The notes: generated from the sequence alone by a model not told the origin. DNA of 64,000 nucleotides from Holophagaceae bacterium (GCA_003165415.1 PLUC01000148.1:63-64062); one strand, 5' to 3'; shown: positions 1 to 10,449, counted from the stretch's first letter. A program made the numbers and translations.

Positions 1-7
1 AGCCCCT

Positions 8-781
8 ATGGAAGTGCAGCGTCCCCTTCCCCATGATTGTTCAACTCAGTTAGCGGACGCTGCACTGTCGGGGCACAATGGGGCGGTGACCTGGCCCCTC
101 CCACCCCAAATGCCCTGGCCTCAGTTCCTGAGGTTGCTGCGCCATCCCGCGCCGCCCCCGGGGTGGCTGGAGGACGCGGCCGGGCTCAAGGACATCCTGA
201 AAAAGCCCATGCTCCTGCGCTGGATCGCCCAGCACCTGCAGGCGCCGCCCCATCTGCGGAACCGGCTGCTGCCCACCCTGCCCTGGCGGGCCCTGGCCGC
301 CATCGCCGCGGACGCCTCGGCCCACCCCCAGGCCCGGGCCCATGCCACGGAGCGCCTCCAGGCCCACTGGGCGGTCATGACCACGGGCGAGCGCCGCAGC
401 CTGGCGCCGCTGGCCCCCAGCCAGCTGTGGCCGGCCATCTGGAAGGTCCGGAACGCGCGGGTGCTGGAGTCCTTCCTGCAGAATCCGCGCCTGACCGTGG
501 GCTGGCTGGAGCGCCTCATCCAGCCGGAGCTCACGCTCATGCAGGCGGAAGCCCTGCAGAACTCCCGGTGGCGGGAGATCGTCCCGGTGGCCCACCAGGT
601 GCTGACGGCCCTGGACCGGGGCCTGGCCAACCCGGAATCGGGCCTGGTGCTGGGGCTGGCGGCCACCTGGATCCTGGCCCTGCCGGCGGAGGAGCGGCTG
701 CTGGCCTCCACCCGCGTCAGCCACCCGGCGCTGCGGCGGATGGTGCGGCGGTATGCGGACCTGGGTGCGGACATTGGGTGA
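8..781 (+). CDS. conserved hypothetical protein (helical, host-like codon usage)
   Basis: 257-aa ORF with high GC3 bias; no recognised motif; true start may lie downstream. Confidence 0.55.
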   Translation: MEVQRPLPHDCSTQLADAALSGHNGAVTWPLPPQMPWPQFLRLLRHPAPPPGWLEDAAGLKDILKKPMLLRWIAQHLQAPPHLRNRLLPTLPWRALAAIAADASAHPQARAHATERLQAHWAVMTTGERRSLAPLAPSQLWPAIWKVRNARVLESFLQNPRLTVGWLERLIQPELTLMQAEALQNSRWREIVPVAHQVLTALDRGLANPESGLVLGLAATWILALPAEERLLASTRVSHPALRRMVRRYADLGADIG

Positions 782-801
782 CTGAACTCCCTGTATCTAT
801 G

Positions 802-835
802 TATTCATTGTTAATTATATTGTTGAATGAATATA
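802..835. promoter_or_regulatory. AT-rich inverted repeats upstream of dsrE-doxDA (candidate operator)
   Basis: TATTCATT (802-809) / AATGAATA (826-833), plus ATATT-N8-AATAT (818-835), in a very AT-rich intergenic segment. Confidence 0.4.
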
Positions 836-903
836 AACACTTGCGTCCATAAACCCACGCTGGGAGGATGAATTGGGGTCAAACCAACTGCAGGAGCAGC
901 ATC

Positions 904-1422
904 ATGCGCCTTAAAACAATTTTGCCCGGATTGATCGTCTCGACCCTTCTCCTGGCTGGGTCCGGCGGCGCCGCACTCCTGGGGGCCCCAGGGCCGGAGC
1001 ACGCGATCCGGATCGACGTTCCGGTCGTGCTCAAGAATCCCCGCGTGGTCTTCAACCTGGACCGCCCGGTGTTCAGCGGGGACCTGCCGGTCGGGTTCCG
1101 GTATATGGGGCTGCTGGCCAAGCGGTTGAAGGAACTGAACACGGATGGCGACATCGTTGGCCTGCTCTATGGGGAGACGGCCTACCTGACCCTCAATGAT
1201 CAGGCCTATAATGCATTCCGGCAGGTAGATACGGGCAATCCATACAAGGGAACCATCGCGGACCTGCAGAAGCAGGGGGTCCGGATCGAGGGCTGCGCCT
1301 ATTCCATGAAGGTCCACCATTGGGGCAACGCCGATCTGCTGCCGGGCGTGAAGGTGAATACGGGCGCAGTGGGGCGACTGATCCAGCTGGTCCAGGATGG
1401 CTACGTCCAGATCCAGCCTTGA
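904..1422 (+). CDS. DsrE/DsrF-like family protein with signal peptide
   Basis: N-terminal hydrophobic signal; GCAYSM Cys motif and C-terminal DLLPGV...GAVGRLIQLVQDGYVQIQP typical of DsrE-like proteins. Confidence 0.75.
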   Translation: MRLKTILPGLIVSTLLLAGSGGAALLGAPGPEHAIRIDVPVVLKNPRVVFNLDRPVFSGDLPVGFRYMGLLAKRLKELNTDGDIVGLLYGETAYLTLNDQAYNAFRQVDTGNPYKGTIADLQKQGVRIEGCAYSMKVHHWGNADLLPGVKVNTGAVGRLIQLVQDGYVQIQP

Positions 1423-1492
1423 TGCGGCGCGAGGTCATGCGCAGGTCCATGCTTCCGCCCAGCCGGCGGGTAGGGCGGCAACCTGACTTTCG

Positions 1493-2581
1493 ATGAAAGG
1501 CTTTGCCATGTTCGGAAACGAAACCATCTCTCAGGTGCCAGAGGATCCGCGCCCTGGGGAATCCGCATGGAACATGGCGGCCCTATGCGCGACACCCTTG
1601 CGCTGGGTCACCGGCTGGCTCTTCTTTTCAGCGTTCTGGCGCCGGGTCGTCCTGGAACCCGGGAAGCTGGACCCGAACGCTGCCGCCTATGTGGGCCACG
1701 AGTTCGTGAAGTTCCTGCCCCATGCCATAGGCATCAAACCGTTTCTTGCCATAGCTCTGGCCCATGACGGCATGCTGCAGGGCTTCATGATCTGCTTCAC
1801 GGTGATCGAAGGCCTGGTGGGGCTGGCCCTGCTGCTGGGTCTGGGAACCCGGCTGGCGGCCCTGGGCACCGTCCTGCTTTCCCTGGGAATCCTGTTGGGG
1901 TCCGGATGGCTGGGCTCCACCTGCCTGGACGAATGGCAGATCGGGGTGCTGGGGGTGGCCGCCGGCACCCTGTTGGCCATGACCGGTTCGGGGGCATGGT
2001 CCCTGGACCGGTTCTGGCAGAACCGGTTCCGCAGCCGCGCGCCGAAGGCCTGGCTGATCGGGCTGAGTTCAGGCGCCCCGAAGGCTGGGCAGCCCCGCTG
2101 GTTCAGGCCGGCAGCCCTGGTTCTTGCTTCGGGAAGCCTCGTGCTCACCCTGGCCACCAACCAGATCTTCTACGGCGGCCTATGGGGCCGCCTGCACAAC
2201 GACTCCAAGACCCCTCATTTCGCCCTCACCAATGGCCGGATCACCGCCGCGGGATCGGTCCGGTTCACGCTGTACCGGGATGGCGGCCCGGACACCTACG
2301 GCGCCTTCATCACCACCATCCGGGTTCGAAACGCCGCCAGCGAGATCGTGGAACAGTTCGACCCGGGCGCCTTGAAGATGCTGCCGCCAGGCTCGGTCAG
2401 GAACACCTATGCCCTCAAGGTCGGCCCCGGACCCTACGGCCTGATTGCTCCGCTGGGATCCAAGGCGATCCTGGATCTGGTTCCGGGTCGGGCCTCTACC
2501 CTACCCGAAGGGTCCTACACGATTGAGGTGGAAGACGTGAGTGGACTGAAATGGCATGCGCCTGCCGGATGGTCAATGTAG
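1493..2581 (+). CDS. doxDA: thiosulfate:quinone oxidoreductase DoxD-DoxA fusion (DoxX family)
   Basis: LRWVTGWLFFSAFWRR, GSTCLDEWQIG and GSGAWSLD membrane DoxD motifs, followed by a soluble DoxA-like domain (YRDGGPDTYGAF). Confidence 0.8.
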   Translation: MKGFAMFGNETISQVPEDPRPGESAWNMAALCATPLRWVTGWLFFSAFWRRVVLEPGKLDPNAAAYVGHEFVKFLPHAIGIKPFLAIALAHDGMLQGFMICFTVIEGLVGLALLLGLGTRLAALGTVLLSLGILLGSGWLGSTCLDEWQIGVLGVAAGTLLAMTGSGAWSLDRFWQNRFRSRAPKAWLIGLSSGAPKAGQPRWFRPAALVLASGSLVLTLATNQIFYGGLWGRLHNDSKTPHFALTNGRITAAGSVRFTLYRDGGPDTYGAFITTIRVRNAASEIVEQFDPGALKMLPPGSVRNTYALKVGPGPYGLIAPLGSKAILDLVPGRASTLPEGSYTIEVEDVSGLKWHAPAGWSM

Positions 2582-2779
2582 CTTCACCGGGCAGGTGCTG
2601 AGGCCGAGGAGGGTGTACAGAGGACATGAGCCAAGCAACCCGGTGGCCAGGGGAACGAGCCCCAGATAGCCCCATGGGGTCTTGGGGCCGATGAAGGCAA
2701 GGGACAACAGGCCAATCCCCAGGATCACGCGCAGCACGCGGTCCAAAGGGTGTTCGTTGGAGGGAAGCAGTTTCGCCAT
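2573..2779 (-). CDS. DUF2892 / YgaP-like small membrane protein
   Basis: 68 aa MAKLLPSNEHPLDRVLR...GLVPLATGLLGSCPLYTLLGLSTC, matching the DUF2892 pattern (DR..R, CPLY..LG.STC). Confidence 0.85.
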   Translation of the reverse strand: MAKLLPSNEHPLDRVLRVILGIGLLSLAFIGPKTPWGYLGLVPLATGLLGSCPLYTLLGLSTCPVKLH

Positions 2780-2822
2780 AAGAGTTCCTTGAAAAGGGCA
2801 GCGATGGGCCGCCGGAATAAGA

Positions 2823-3191
2823 TCAGCTATCAGCGCGCACAAGCCGCCGCCAGGAACCTGCGTTGTCGACCCTGGCAAATCCGGCCTTGTCGAGCATGGC
2901 CTTGGCTGCCGCGCTGCGGGCACCGGAAGCACAGCAGACCAGCAGGTGTTTGGTCCGGTCAAGATCCGCCAGGTGGTCGGAAAGGCGGTCAAGAGGGATG
3001 TTGCGACTGCCTGGCGCGTGGCCCTGGGCGAATTCCTGGGAGGTGCGCACATCGAGAATGGTGGCGCCCTGGTCAATGAGAGTCATCATCTGGTCCTTGG
3101 AAAGTCTGGAACGATTCGCAAGGAAAGTGCGAAGGACGAGCACCAGGGCGACAACGCCAAGGCAGGTCATGGTCAGAGTGCTGGTATCCAT
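2823..3191 (-). CDS. membrane-anchored rhodanese-like sulfurtransferase
   Basis: N-terminal TM; ILDVRT..EF..GH.PGS.NIPL and active-site loop CCASGARS. Confidence 0.9.
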   Translation of the reverse strand: MDTSTLTMTCLGVVALVLVLRTFLANRSRLSKDQMMTLIDQGATILDVRTSQEFAQGHAPGSRNIPLDRLSDHLADLDRTKHLLVCCASGARSAAAKAMLDKAGFARVDNAGSWRRLVRADS

Positions 3192-3195
3192 GCCG

Positions 3196-3774
<579 letters not shown>

Positions 3775-3777
3775 GAT

Positions 3778-3990
3778 TCAACCTTTCAAGCCGCAGGCGC
3801 CCTGGGTGCTGACCCCTAGCCTGGCGAGGATGCTGGACATCAGGCACCAATTGGTGAGGCCGCTCTGCAGGAGATTCGCCCCCACAAAGACGGTGAGCCA
3901 CAGCCAGTTCGTATTGTGCCAGCGGGCGAGGGCAAGGCTGCCCAGGATCATGGTGCCCGCCACAGAGTGGACGATTCGATCGACGTTCAT
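3778..3990 (-). CDS. DUF2892 / YgaP-like small membrane protein
   Basis: MNVDRIVHSVAG...WLWLTVFVGANLLQSGLTNWCLM pattern. Confidence 0.85.
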   Translation of the reverse strand: MNVDRIVHSVAGTMILGSLALARWHNTNWLWLTVFVGANLLQSGLTNWCLMSSILARLGVSTQGACGLKG

Positions 3991-3993
3991 GGG

Positions 3994-6900
3994 TCATTCC
4001 CCTTTAGGAGAGATACTGCAGGTGAGCGTGGGATCGGGCACGGCGGGAGCCTGCCGCTGCAGTTCGGCGGCGCGGCCATGGCGTGCCAGAAGGTAGTAGA
4101 GAACCGGCACGGCGAACCGGGACAGCAGGGTAGCCGCCACTTCGCCCGCCATCAGGCTGATGGCCAGGCCCTGGAAGATGGGGTCCGCCAGCATCACGCT
4201 GGAACCCGCCATGACCGCGGCGGCGGTGAGCAGCATGGGGCGGAACCGCACCACGCCGGCCTCCACCACGGCGGCTTCCAGGGCCATGCCCTCCCGGAGC
4301 TTCAGCTCGATGAAATCCACCAGGATGATGCTGTTGCGCACGATGATGCCGGCCCCGGCGATGAACCCGATCATGCTGGTGGCGGTGAAGAAGGCGCCCA
4401 GCAGACCGTGGGCGGGGATGATCCCGATGAGCGACAGCGGCACCGGCACCAGGATCACCAGGGGCACCGCGAAACTCTCGAACCAGCCCACCACCAGGAC
4501 ATAGATCAGCACCAGCGCCCCGGCGAAGGCCAGCCCCAGGTCCCGGAACACCTCCAGGGTGATATGCCACTCGCCATCCCACTTCATCACCAGGTTTTCA
4601 GTGTTTTCGGGGTGGGCCAGACCCAGTCTGGCCACCGGCTGTCCGCCCGTGCCTTTGAGGCCGTCGATCTTCTTGTTGAGCGCCGCGAGAGCATAGACCG
4701 GACTCTCGATGGTGCCCGCCAGGTCGCCGAAGACGTAGGACACCGGCATGAGGTTCTCGTGATAGATGGGCGCATTCTCCCGTCCCTCCTGGACCCGCAC
4801 CAGTTCGGACAGGGGCACGGGGCCCCGCAGGCCGGGCACGGTCATCTGGAGCATCTGGTCCAGGTTCTGGCGCTGGGTACTGGGCAGCTGGACGATCACC
4901 GGCACCTGAGTCGAACCCCGCTGGACGTGGAAACTGCCGATGGTGTCGCCGTGCCCCGCCATGTAGAGGGTCTGGACCACCTGCGCCGGGGCGACGCCGA
5001 GCAGGGCCGCCTTCTCCCGGTCCAGCACCAGGCTGATCTTGGGATTCGTGGGGTTGAGGGTGCTGTCCACATCCACGACGCCGTCCACGCTGCGGAAGAT
5101 CTTTTCCACCTCGCCGGCGAAGCGCAGCCGCTCGTCCTCGGTGGGGCCGTAGATCTCGGCCACCAGGGTGTCCATGACCGGCGGGCCGGGCGGGATCTCC
5201 ACCAGCTTCATGCGGGTCCCCTCGGGCATCCCCAGCTTGAGCAGCTCCGGGCGGAGGCGGACCGCGATGGCGTGGCTCTGCTCTTTGCGCTCCCCCTTGG
5301 CCACCAGGTTCACCTGGATGTCCACCATCCGGTCCTCCCGGCGCAGGAAGCTGTGGCGCACCATGCCCACAAAGGTGAAGGGCGCGGCCTCCCCGGAGTA
5401 GACCTGCACGTCCCGGACCACCGGTTCACGCAGCAGCCGCCGGGCCACGTCCTGGCCCTGGGCCAGGGCATCCTCCCTCGGCGTTCCGGCCGGAAGATCC
5501 AGCTGGACCATGAATTCGGACTTGTTGTCGAAGGGCAGCATCTTGACTTTCACCACGCCGAGGCCCACCAGGGACATGGCCGCCGCAAGCAGGACGACCA
5601 CGCCGCCGAAGAAGGCCCAGCGCACGGCCGGCTTCGTGATGAGGGCGGTGATGGTCCGGCGGTAGGCGGCCGTGAAGCGGAAATCAGGCTTGATCTCGGC
5701 GTCGCGATCCTCTCCCTGGGGTGCCGCGGTCTCAACGGTGGCCGGGTGCAGGCCCGTTTCGTCCGTTTCCGGCAGGTGGGCTTCCGACTTGAAGATCTTG
5801 AGGGAGGCCCAGGGGCTGATGACGAAGGCGATGACGAGGCTGAACAGCATGGCCAGGCTGGCGCCCACCGGGATGGGCCGCATGTAGGGGCCCATGAGCC
5901 CGCGCACGAAGGCCATGGGCAGGATCGCGGCGATCACGGCGATGGTGGCCAGGATGGTGGGGTTGCCCACCTCGTCCACCGCCTCCACCACCACCCGGGC
6001 GAAAGCTTTGCGCGGCCCGGGCAGGTGCATGTGCCGGTGGATGTTCTCCACCACGACGATGGCGTCGTCCACCAGGATGCCGATGGAGAAGATCAGCGCG
6101 AACAGGGTGACCCGGTTCAGGGTGTAGCCGAACAGGTAGGTGATGAACAGGGTCAGGGCCAAGGTCACCGGCACCGCCACCCCCACCACCACCGCGGACC
6201 GCCAGCCCATGGCCAGCAGGATGAGCACGATGACGCTCAGGGTGGCCAGGAGCAGATGTTCGATCAGCTCATTGGACTTCTCGCCGGCCGTTTCTCCATA
6301 ATTGCGGGTGACGGTCAGCTTGAGTCCCCGGGGCAGGAGGTTGCCGCGCAGGGCCTGGACCTTGTCCAGGACCGCTTTCGCCAGGGCGGTGGCATTGCTG
6401 CCCATCCGCTTGGAAAGGGTCACGGTCACGGCCGGCTCGAAGCCCGCCCCGGTGCCGTACAGCACCACCGGAGGTTCCGGGTCGGGGCCGTCGGAAACGC
6501 TGGCGACGTCGCTCAGGTAGACCGGGCGGCCGTTCTTGACGGCCACCACCAGCCGGTTCAATTCCAAAGCGTCCAGCACGAAGCCCGAGGCCTCCAGTTC
6601 GGTGCGGCGGTCGTGATCGACCAGGGCCCCGGCGGGAAGCTGGCTTTCGGCGGTCTGCAGCGCGGGCTGGATTTCAGCCAGGCTCATGCCCAGGGCCCGC
6701 AGCTTGCCTGGATCGGGTTCGATCCGGACCATCCGCCTGGCGCCGCCGATGACCTTCACCTGGGCCGTGGACGGCACCGTGCTCAATTCGCGGGCCAGGG
6801 CGTCCCCCATGGCCCTCAACTGTCCCGGGGTCTGGCCGGCCCCGTGCAGGGTCAGCCCCAGGAAAGGCACGTCATCGACGGTGAGCAGGCGCACCACCGG

Positions 6901-7302
6901 CTGCATGGCTGAGCTGGGCAGGAGGTCGCGGTTGGCCGCCAGTTCCTGGTAGATCTTCGCCAGGCTGGGCTCCTGCGGCTCGTTCACCTTGAAGCGCACC
7001 GTGATCATGGCCACGCTGGGCAGGCTGGTGCTATAGAGGTATTCCACTCCGGGGATGCCCCAGAGGCGTTTCTCCAGCGGCGTGGTGACCTGGCTTTCGA
7101 TCTCCCTGGGGCTGGCGCCAGGCACCGGGACATAGATGTCCACCATGGGCACGATGATCTGGGGTTCCTCCTCGCGGGGCGTGAGCGCCACCGCCAGGAA
7201 GCCCAGCATGAGCGAGGCCAGCACGATGAGCGGGGTCAGTTTGCTGCGCAGGAAGGTCTTGGCCAGCCGGCCGGCCAGTCCCAGATGGCCGTATTCACTC
7301 AT
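3994..7302 (-). CDS. RND efflux transporter permease (AcrB/CusA superfamily)
   Basis: 1102 aa; PREEEPQI, GILVDDAIVVVENI, IIVRNSIILVDF and RFRPMLLT motifs. Confidence 0.95.
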   Translation of the reverse strand: MSEYGHLGLAGRLAKTFLRSKLTPLIVLASLMLGFLAVALTPREEEPQIIVPMVDIYVPVPGASPREIESQVTTPLEKRLWGIPGVEYLYSTSLPSVAMITVRFKVNEPQEPSLAKIYQELAANRDLLPSSAMQPVVRLLTVDDVPFLGLTLHGAGQTPGQLRAMGDALARELSTVPSTAQVKVIGGARRMVRIEPDPGKLRALGMSLAEIQPALQTAESQLPAGALVDHDRRTELEASGFVLDALELNRLVVAVKNGRPVYLSDVASVSDGPDPEPPVVLYGTGAGFEPAVTVTLSKRMGSNATALAKAVLDKVQALRGNLLPRGLKLTVTRNYGETAGEKSNELIEHLLLATLSVIVLILLAMGWRSAVVVGVAVPVTLALTLFITYLFGYTLNRVTLFALIFSIGILVDDAIVVVENIHRHMHLPGPRKAFARVVVEAVDEVGNPTILATIAVIAAILPMAFVRGLMGPYMRPIPVGASLAMLFSLVIAFVISPWASLKIFKSEAHLPETDETGLHPATVETAAPQGEDRDAEIKPDFRFTAAYRRTITALITKPAVRWAFFGGVVVLLAAAMSLVGLGVVKVKMLPFDNKSEFMVQLDLPAGTPREDALAQGQDVARRLLREPVVRDVQVYSGEAAPFTFVGMVRHSFLRREDRMVDIQVNLVAKGERKEQSHAIAVRLRPELLKLGMPEGTRMKLVEIPPGPPVMDTLVAEIYGPTEDERLRFAGEVEKIFRSVDGVVDVDSTLNPTNPKISLVLDREKAALLGVAPAQVVQTLYMAGHGDTIGSFHVQRGSTQVPVIVQLPSTQRQNLDQMLQMTVPGLRGPVPLSELVRVQEGRENAPIYHENLMPVSYVFGDLAGTIESPVYALAALNKKIDGLKGTGGQPVARLGLAHPENTENLVMKWDGEWHITLEVFRDLGLAFAGALVLIYVLVVGWFESFAVPLVILVPVPLSLIGIIPAHGLLGAFFTATSMIGFIAGAGIIVRNSIILVDFIELKLREGMALEAAVVEAGVVRFRPMLLTAAAVMAGSSVMLADPIFQGLAISLMAGEVAATLLSRFAVPVLYYLLARHGRAAELQRQAPAVPDPTLTCSISPKGE

Positions 7303-8315
7303 TTCCGCACCTCGATGGGCTGTCCATCTCGGAGATCCCCGGGGGCGTCAATCACCTGTTCGGCCGCCGCGAGCCCCGCGCGGACCGGGAGCCTGTCGCC
7401 CTGGGCCTCGCCCAGGGACAGCCAGCGCAACTCCGCCTTGCCATCCTTGGCGAGGAACACGCCGTTCAGCTCGCCACGCCGCACCAGCGCGCTCTTGGGG
7501 ATCGTGAGATCCTGGCTCGCGGACGCGGTGGCCCCGGGAACCTGCAACCGGCCGAAGACGCCGGAGCGGAGACCTTCCAGCCCCCTGGTCACCCGGGCCC
7601 GGATGGTGCCCCGGTGGGAGACGGGATCGCCGCCCGTGGCGAGGCCCGTGATCTGGGCCATGCCGCTCTTGCCATCCGCCTCGAAGGGAAGGCTCTGGCC
7701 GATCTTCAAGCCTTCGGCTTCAGCTTCGGACACACTGCCGGTGAATTCCATGGCGCCCTGGCCCTCCATATCGATGAGGGGCATGCCCGGGCCCACGAAA
7801 TCGCCGTCGTTCACCCGGCGGGTCTGGACCACCCCGGCGAAGGGCGCCCGGATCTGGGTATAGCCGATGTTGGCCTGCACGCCTGCCAGGCTCGCCTTGG
7901 CCTGGGCAAGCTGCACCTGGGCCATGTCCAGTTCGGCCTGGGTGGCGGCGTCCTGGCTGGCGAGCTTCTCCATCCGGTGGAGCTGGGTGGCGGCGGTGGC
8001 CACGGCAGTCTCCGCCGCCTTGCGCCCGCTCTGCAGATCTTCGTCCGAAAGGCTGACCAGCAGGGCGCCCGCGGCCACCTGCTGCCCTTCGGTGACATGG
8101 ACCTTCTTCACGGATGCCGCAAGGCGGGTGGCCAGGGTCGCCCGCTGGGTGGCGTTGAGGGTCACGGCCACCCACCCGGGCTGGCTGGAGCTCTCCTCAT
8201 GGACCAGGCGGACCGTTGCAGGGGGGACTGCGGCAGCCATGGCGGGCTCTTGCCGGCCACAGGCCAGGCCCGCCAGGACAAGGGTCACGGAAGACAGGAA
8301 CAGGATCGGCTTCAA
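7299..8315 (-). CDS. RND periplasmic adaptor (MFP) subunit
   Basis: lipobox LAC; lipoyl-like V.EGQ.V..G and IRAPFAGVV motifs; IP.SALV. Confidence 0.92.
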   Translation of the reverse strand: MKPILFLSSVTLVLAGLACGRQEPAMAAAVPPATVRLVHEESSSQPGWVAVTLNATQRATLATRLAASVKKVHVTEGQQVAAGALLVSLSDEDLQSGRKAAETAVATAATQLHRMEKLASQDAATQAELDMAQVQLAQAKASLAGVQANIGYTQIRAPFAGVVQTRRVNDGDFVGPGMPLIDMEGQGAMEFTGSVSEAEAEGLKIGQSLPFEADGKSGMAQITGLATGGDPVSHRGTIRARVTRGLEGLRSGVFGRLQVPGATASASQDLTIPKSALVRRGELNGVFLAKDGKAELRWLSLGEAQGDRLPVRAGLAAAEQVIDAPGDLRDGQPIEVRK

Positions 8316-8319
8316 GGGT

Positions 8320-9621
8320 CTACTCCTTCACGTTCTCAATGGGTTGGCCGAGGGCAAGGGCAAGCTGGGCCTGGCCCAGGCGGAAATCGAGCTGGCTCGA
8401 GATCAGGAGGGTGCGGGCTCCGGTCAGGCTGCTCTCCGCGTCGAGGACATCCATCAGCGGCAGCAGGCCTTCACGATAACGGGCTGTACGGATAGCCCGC
8501 ACGGATTCCGAGGCCGCCAGGGCGGTCTTCGCGAAGCCGATCTTGGCTTGGGCGGTCTGGATCGCCCTGCGGGCCTCCTCCACTTCGCGGTTCGCCACCG
8601 ATTCCTGCCACTTCACCGTCAGTTCCGCGGCGCGGGCCGCGGCCCTGGCCGCGCTCACCCGCTGGGAGTCGCCGAACGAGAAGGTCCATTTGGCCCCCAG
8701 GCTGACGGTGGTCCAGTTGCCACCCGAGTTCAGGGAATCACGCATGGTCCCGGCGGTGAACTGGAGGCCCACTTCGGGTTTCAGGCTCCCTTTGGCCGCC
8801 AGCACGCCTTCCTCGGCGGCCCGGACCTGCTCGCGCATGGCCTGGAGGTCCCCGCGCTGCCCGGCCGTCGTGGCGGCCTCCACCACCGGGAGGCCCAGCG
8901 GCGTGATGAGCTTGTCGGCTGCGATATCCGCGCCGGCGAGCATGGCGAGGGCCGAGCGGGCCGAGGCCACCCGGGCCTTCGCCTCCGCCACCCCGGCTCC
9001 AGACTGGGCGCAGAAGGCCTTGGTGCGCTCACCGTCGGCCTTCAGCATCAGGCCCTGTTCCACCCGGGCCTGCACGAAGCGGTCCGTCTCCATGGCCTGC
9101 TTCAGCGTGTCCTCGGCATACCGCAGCGCCTCTTCCGCCACCTGGGCGCCGAAGTAGGCCTGGGTGATGGCCAGGGCCACCTGCTGCTTGCGGTGCTCCT
9201 GGGAGGCCCCCTCGGCCTCGGCCATGGCCGCCCCGGCGCGCCTGGCGGCGTCCAGCCGCCCGCCCGCGTAGAGGGGCTGGGAGAGGGTCAGGGTCGCCCC
9301 GGTGCCCACGATGGCATCGGGCCGGTTCAGGCTGGAGGGCGCGAAATCCGCCTGGGTGATCCGGGCCTGGTCCAGTCGGGTGCCGAAGGCCAGCATGGGC
9401 TCGTCGGTGCGGATGACGCCCACCCCCAGGGTGGCTGTGGGCAGCCGCAGGTCACTCATGGCCGCCGCCTCGGCGCGGCTCCTGGCCACCATGGCCGCCC
9501 CAGCCTGCAGGCCGGACTGCTGGCTCCAGGCGGTCCGGATGGCGTCCTGGACGGATAGGGGGGTCTGGGCCTGCAGCACCAGGGGCGCGCCTGCGATAAA
9601 ATAAATTAGTTGTTTGATCAT
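8320..9621 (-). CDS. TolC family outer membrane factor
   Basis: signal peptide; LSQPLYAGG, RYREGLLPLMDVLDAE; operonic with MFP and RND genes. Confidence 0.9.
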   Translation of the reverse strand: MIKQLIYFIAGAPLVLQAQTPLSVQDAIRTAWSQQSGLQAGAAMVARSRAEAAAMSDLRLPTATLGVGVIRTDEPMLAFGTRLDQARITQADFAPSSLNRPDAIVGTGATLTLSQPLYAGGRLDAARRAGAAMAEAEGASQEHRKQQVALAITQAYFGAQVAEEALRYAEDTLKQAMETDRFVQARVEQGLMLKADGERTKAFCAQSGAGVAEAKARVASARSALAMLAGADIAADKLITPLGLPVVEAATTAGQRGDLQAMREQVRAAEEGVLAAKGSLKPEVGLQFTAGTMRDSLNSGGNWTTVSLGAKWTFSFGDSQRVSAARAAARAAELTVKWQESVANREVEEARRAIQTAQAKIGFAKTALAASESVRAIRTARYREGLLPLMDVLDAESSLTGARTLLISSQLDFRLGQAQLALALGQPIENVKE

Positions 9622-9646
9622 ACAGGAATATTCCTTTGCAAAAAAA

Positions 9647-9994
9647 TCAGGCCAGGGACTGGTAGGCGCTGTGGATGCGCGCCGTCACATGCCCGCAGAC
9701 CATGGTGCAGACGTTCTCGGCCAAGGGCGCCACGGGCATGAAGTAGACCAGGTTGCCCCGGGGTTCCCGGCCCACCAGCCCCACCCGGACCATGAACGCC
9801 AAGTGTTTGCTGGTGTTTGCCTGGGACAGGCCGGTGCGTTCCATCACCGCCCCTTGGGAGAGGGGTTCGCCGGCATCCAGGAGGGCCCGGAGGATCTTCA
9901 GGCGGGAAACGTCGCCCAGGGCCCCGAAGATCTGGCTCACTTCGTCGATGATCTGGTCGTTGAGGGGGGTGGTCATCATGGTATTCACCTGCAT
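9647..9994 (-). CDS. ArsR/SmtB family transcriptional regulator (paralog 1)
   Basis: ALGDVSRLKIL, LSQANTSKHL, R.GNLVY; C-terminal CTMVC. Confidence 0.92.
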   Translation of the reverse strand: MQVNTMMTTPLNDQIIDEVSQIFGALGDVSRLKILRALLDAGEPLSQGAVMERTGLSQANTSKHLAFMVRVGLVGREPRGNLVYFMPVAPLAENVCTMVCGHVTARIHSAYQSLA

Positions 9995-10007
9995 AACTAA
10001 AAAGTTA
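9993..10007. promoter_or_regulatory. palindrome at the ArsR-1 start (candidate autoregulatory operator)
   Basis: ATAACT-AAA-AGTTAT perfect 6-3-6 inverted repeat in an AT-rich spacer overlapping the start codon. Confidence 0.5.
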
Positions 10008-10052
10008 TATTGGTAAATACTTTTGTCAAGCCCTTTTTCAGGTCCCCCGGAC

Positions 10053-10385
10053 CTATTTGATGGCTTTGTAGGCAGCCTTGACCCGGTCGGTCACGTGGCC
10101 GCAGACCAGGTCGCAGACATTCCCCACCAGCGGCATGACGGGCTGGAAGTAGACCGAGTTGCCCGAGGCCTCCCGGGTGACCAGCCCGACCCGGACCAGT
10201 TGGGCCAGATGCTTGCTCGCGTTGGCCTGGGAGAGCCCGGTGGCCTCCGCCACCGCCCCCTGGTTCATGGGGGCCTTGGCCTCCAGGAGCGTCCTGAGGA
10301 TCCTGAGCCGGGAGGCGTCGCCCAAAGCCAGGAAGAGCTGGCTCACCTCCTCGATCATCGGGTCGCTCAGGGGACTCCTGCTCAT
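10053..10385 (-). CDS. ArsR/SmtB family transcriptional regulator (paralog 2)
   Basis: ALGDASRLRIL, LSQANASKHL; C-terminal CDLVC; clearly homologous to paralog 1. Confidence 0.92.
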   Translation of the reverse strand: MSRSPLSDPMIEEVSQLFLALGDASRLRILRTLLEAKAPMNQGAVAEATGLSQANASKHLAQLVRVGLVTREASGNSVYFQPVMPLVGNVCDLVCGHVTDRVKAAYKAIK

Positions 10386-10449
10386 CTAATCTCCAGTTGA
10401 AGCATACAATCATACCGAGAAGTCCCATGTCTCCCCGCGAGGTCATGTC

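Noticed and set aside
3916-6912. 998-aa plus-strand ORF
   Set aside because: Antisense shadow of the RND permease, typical of high-GC DNA; no motifs
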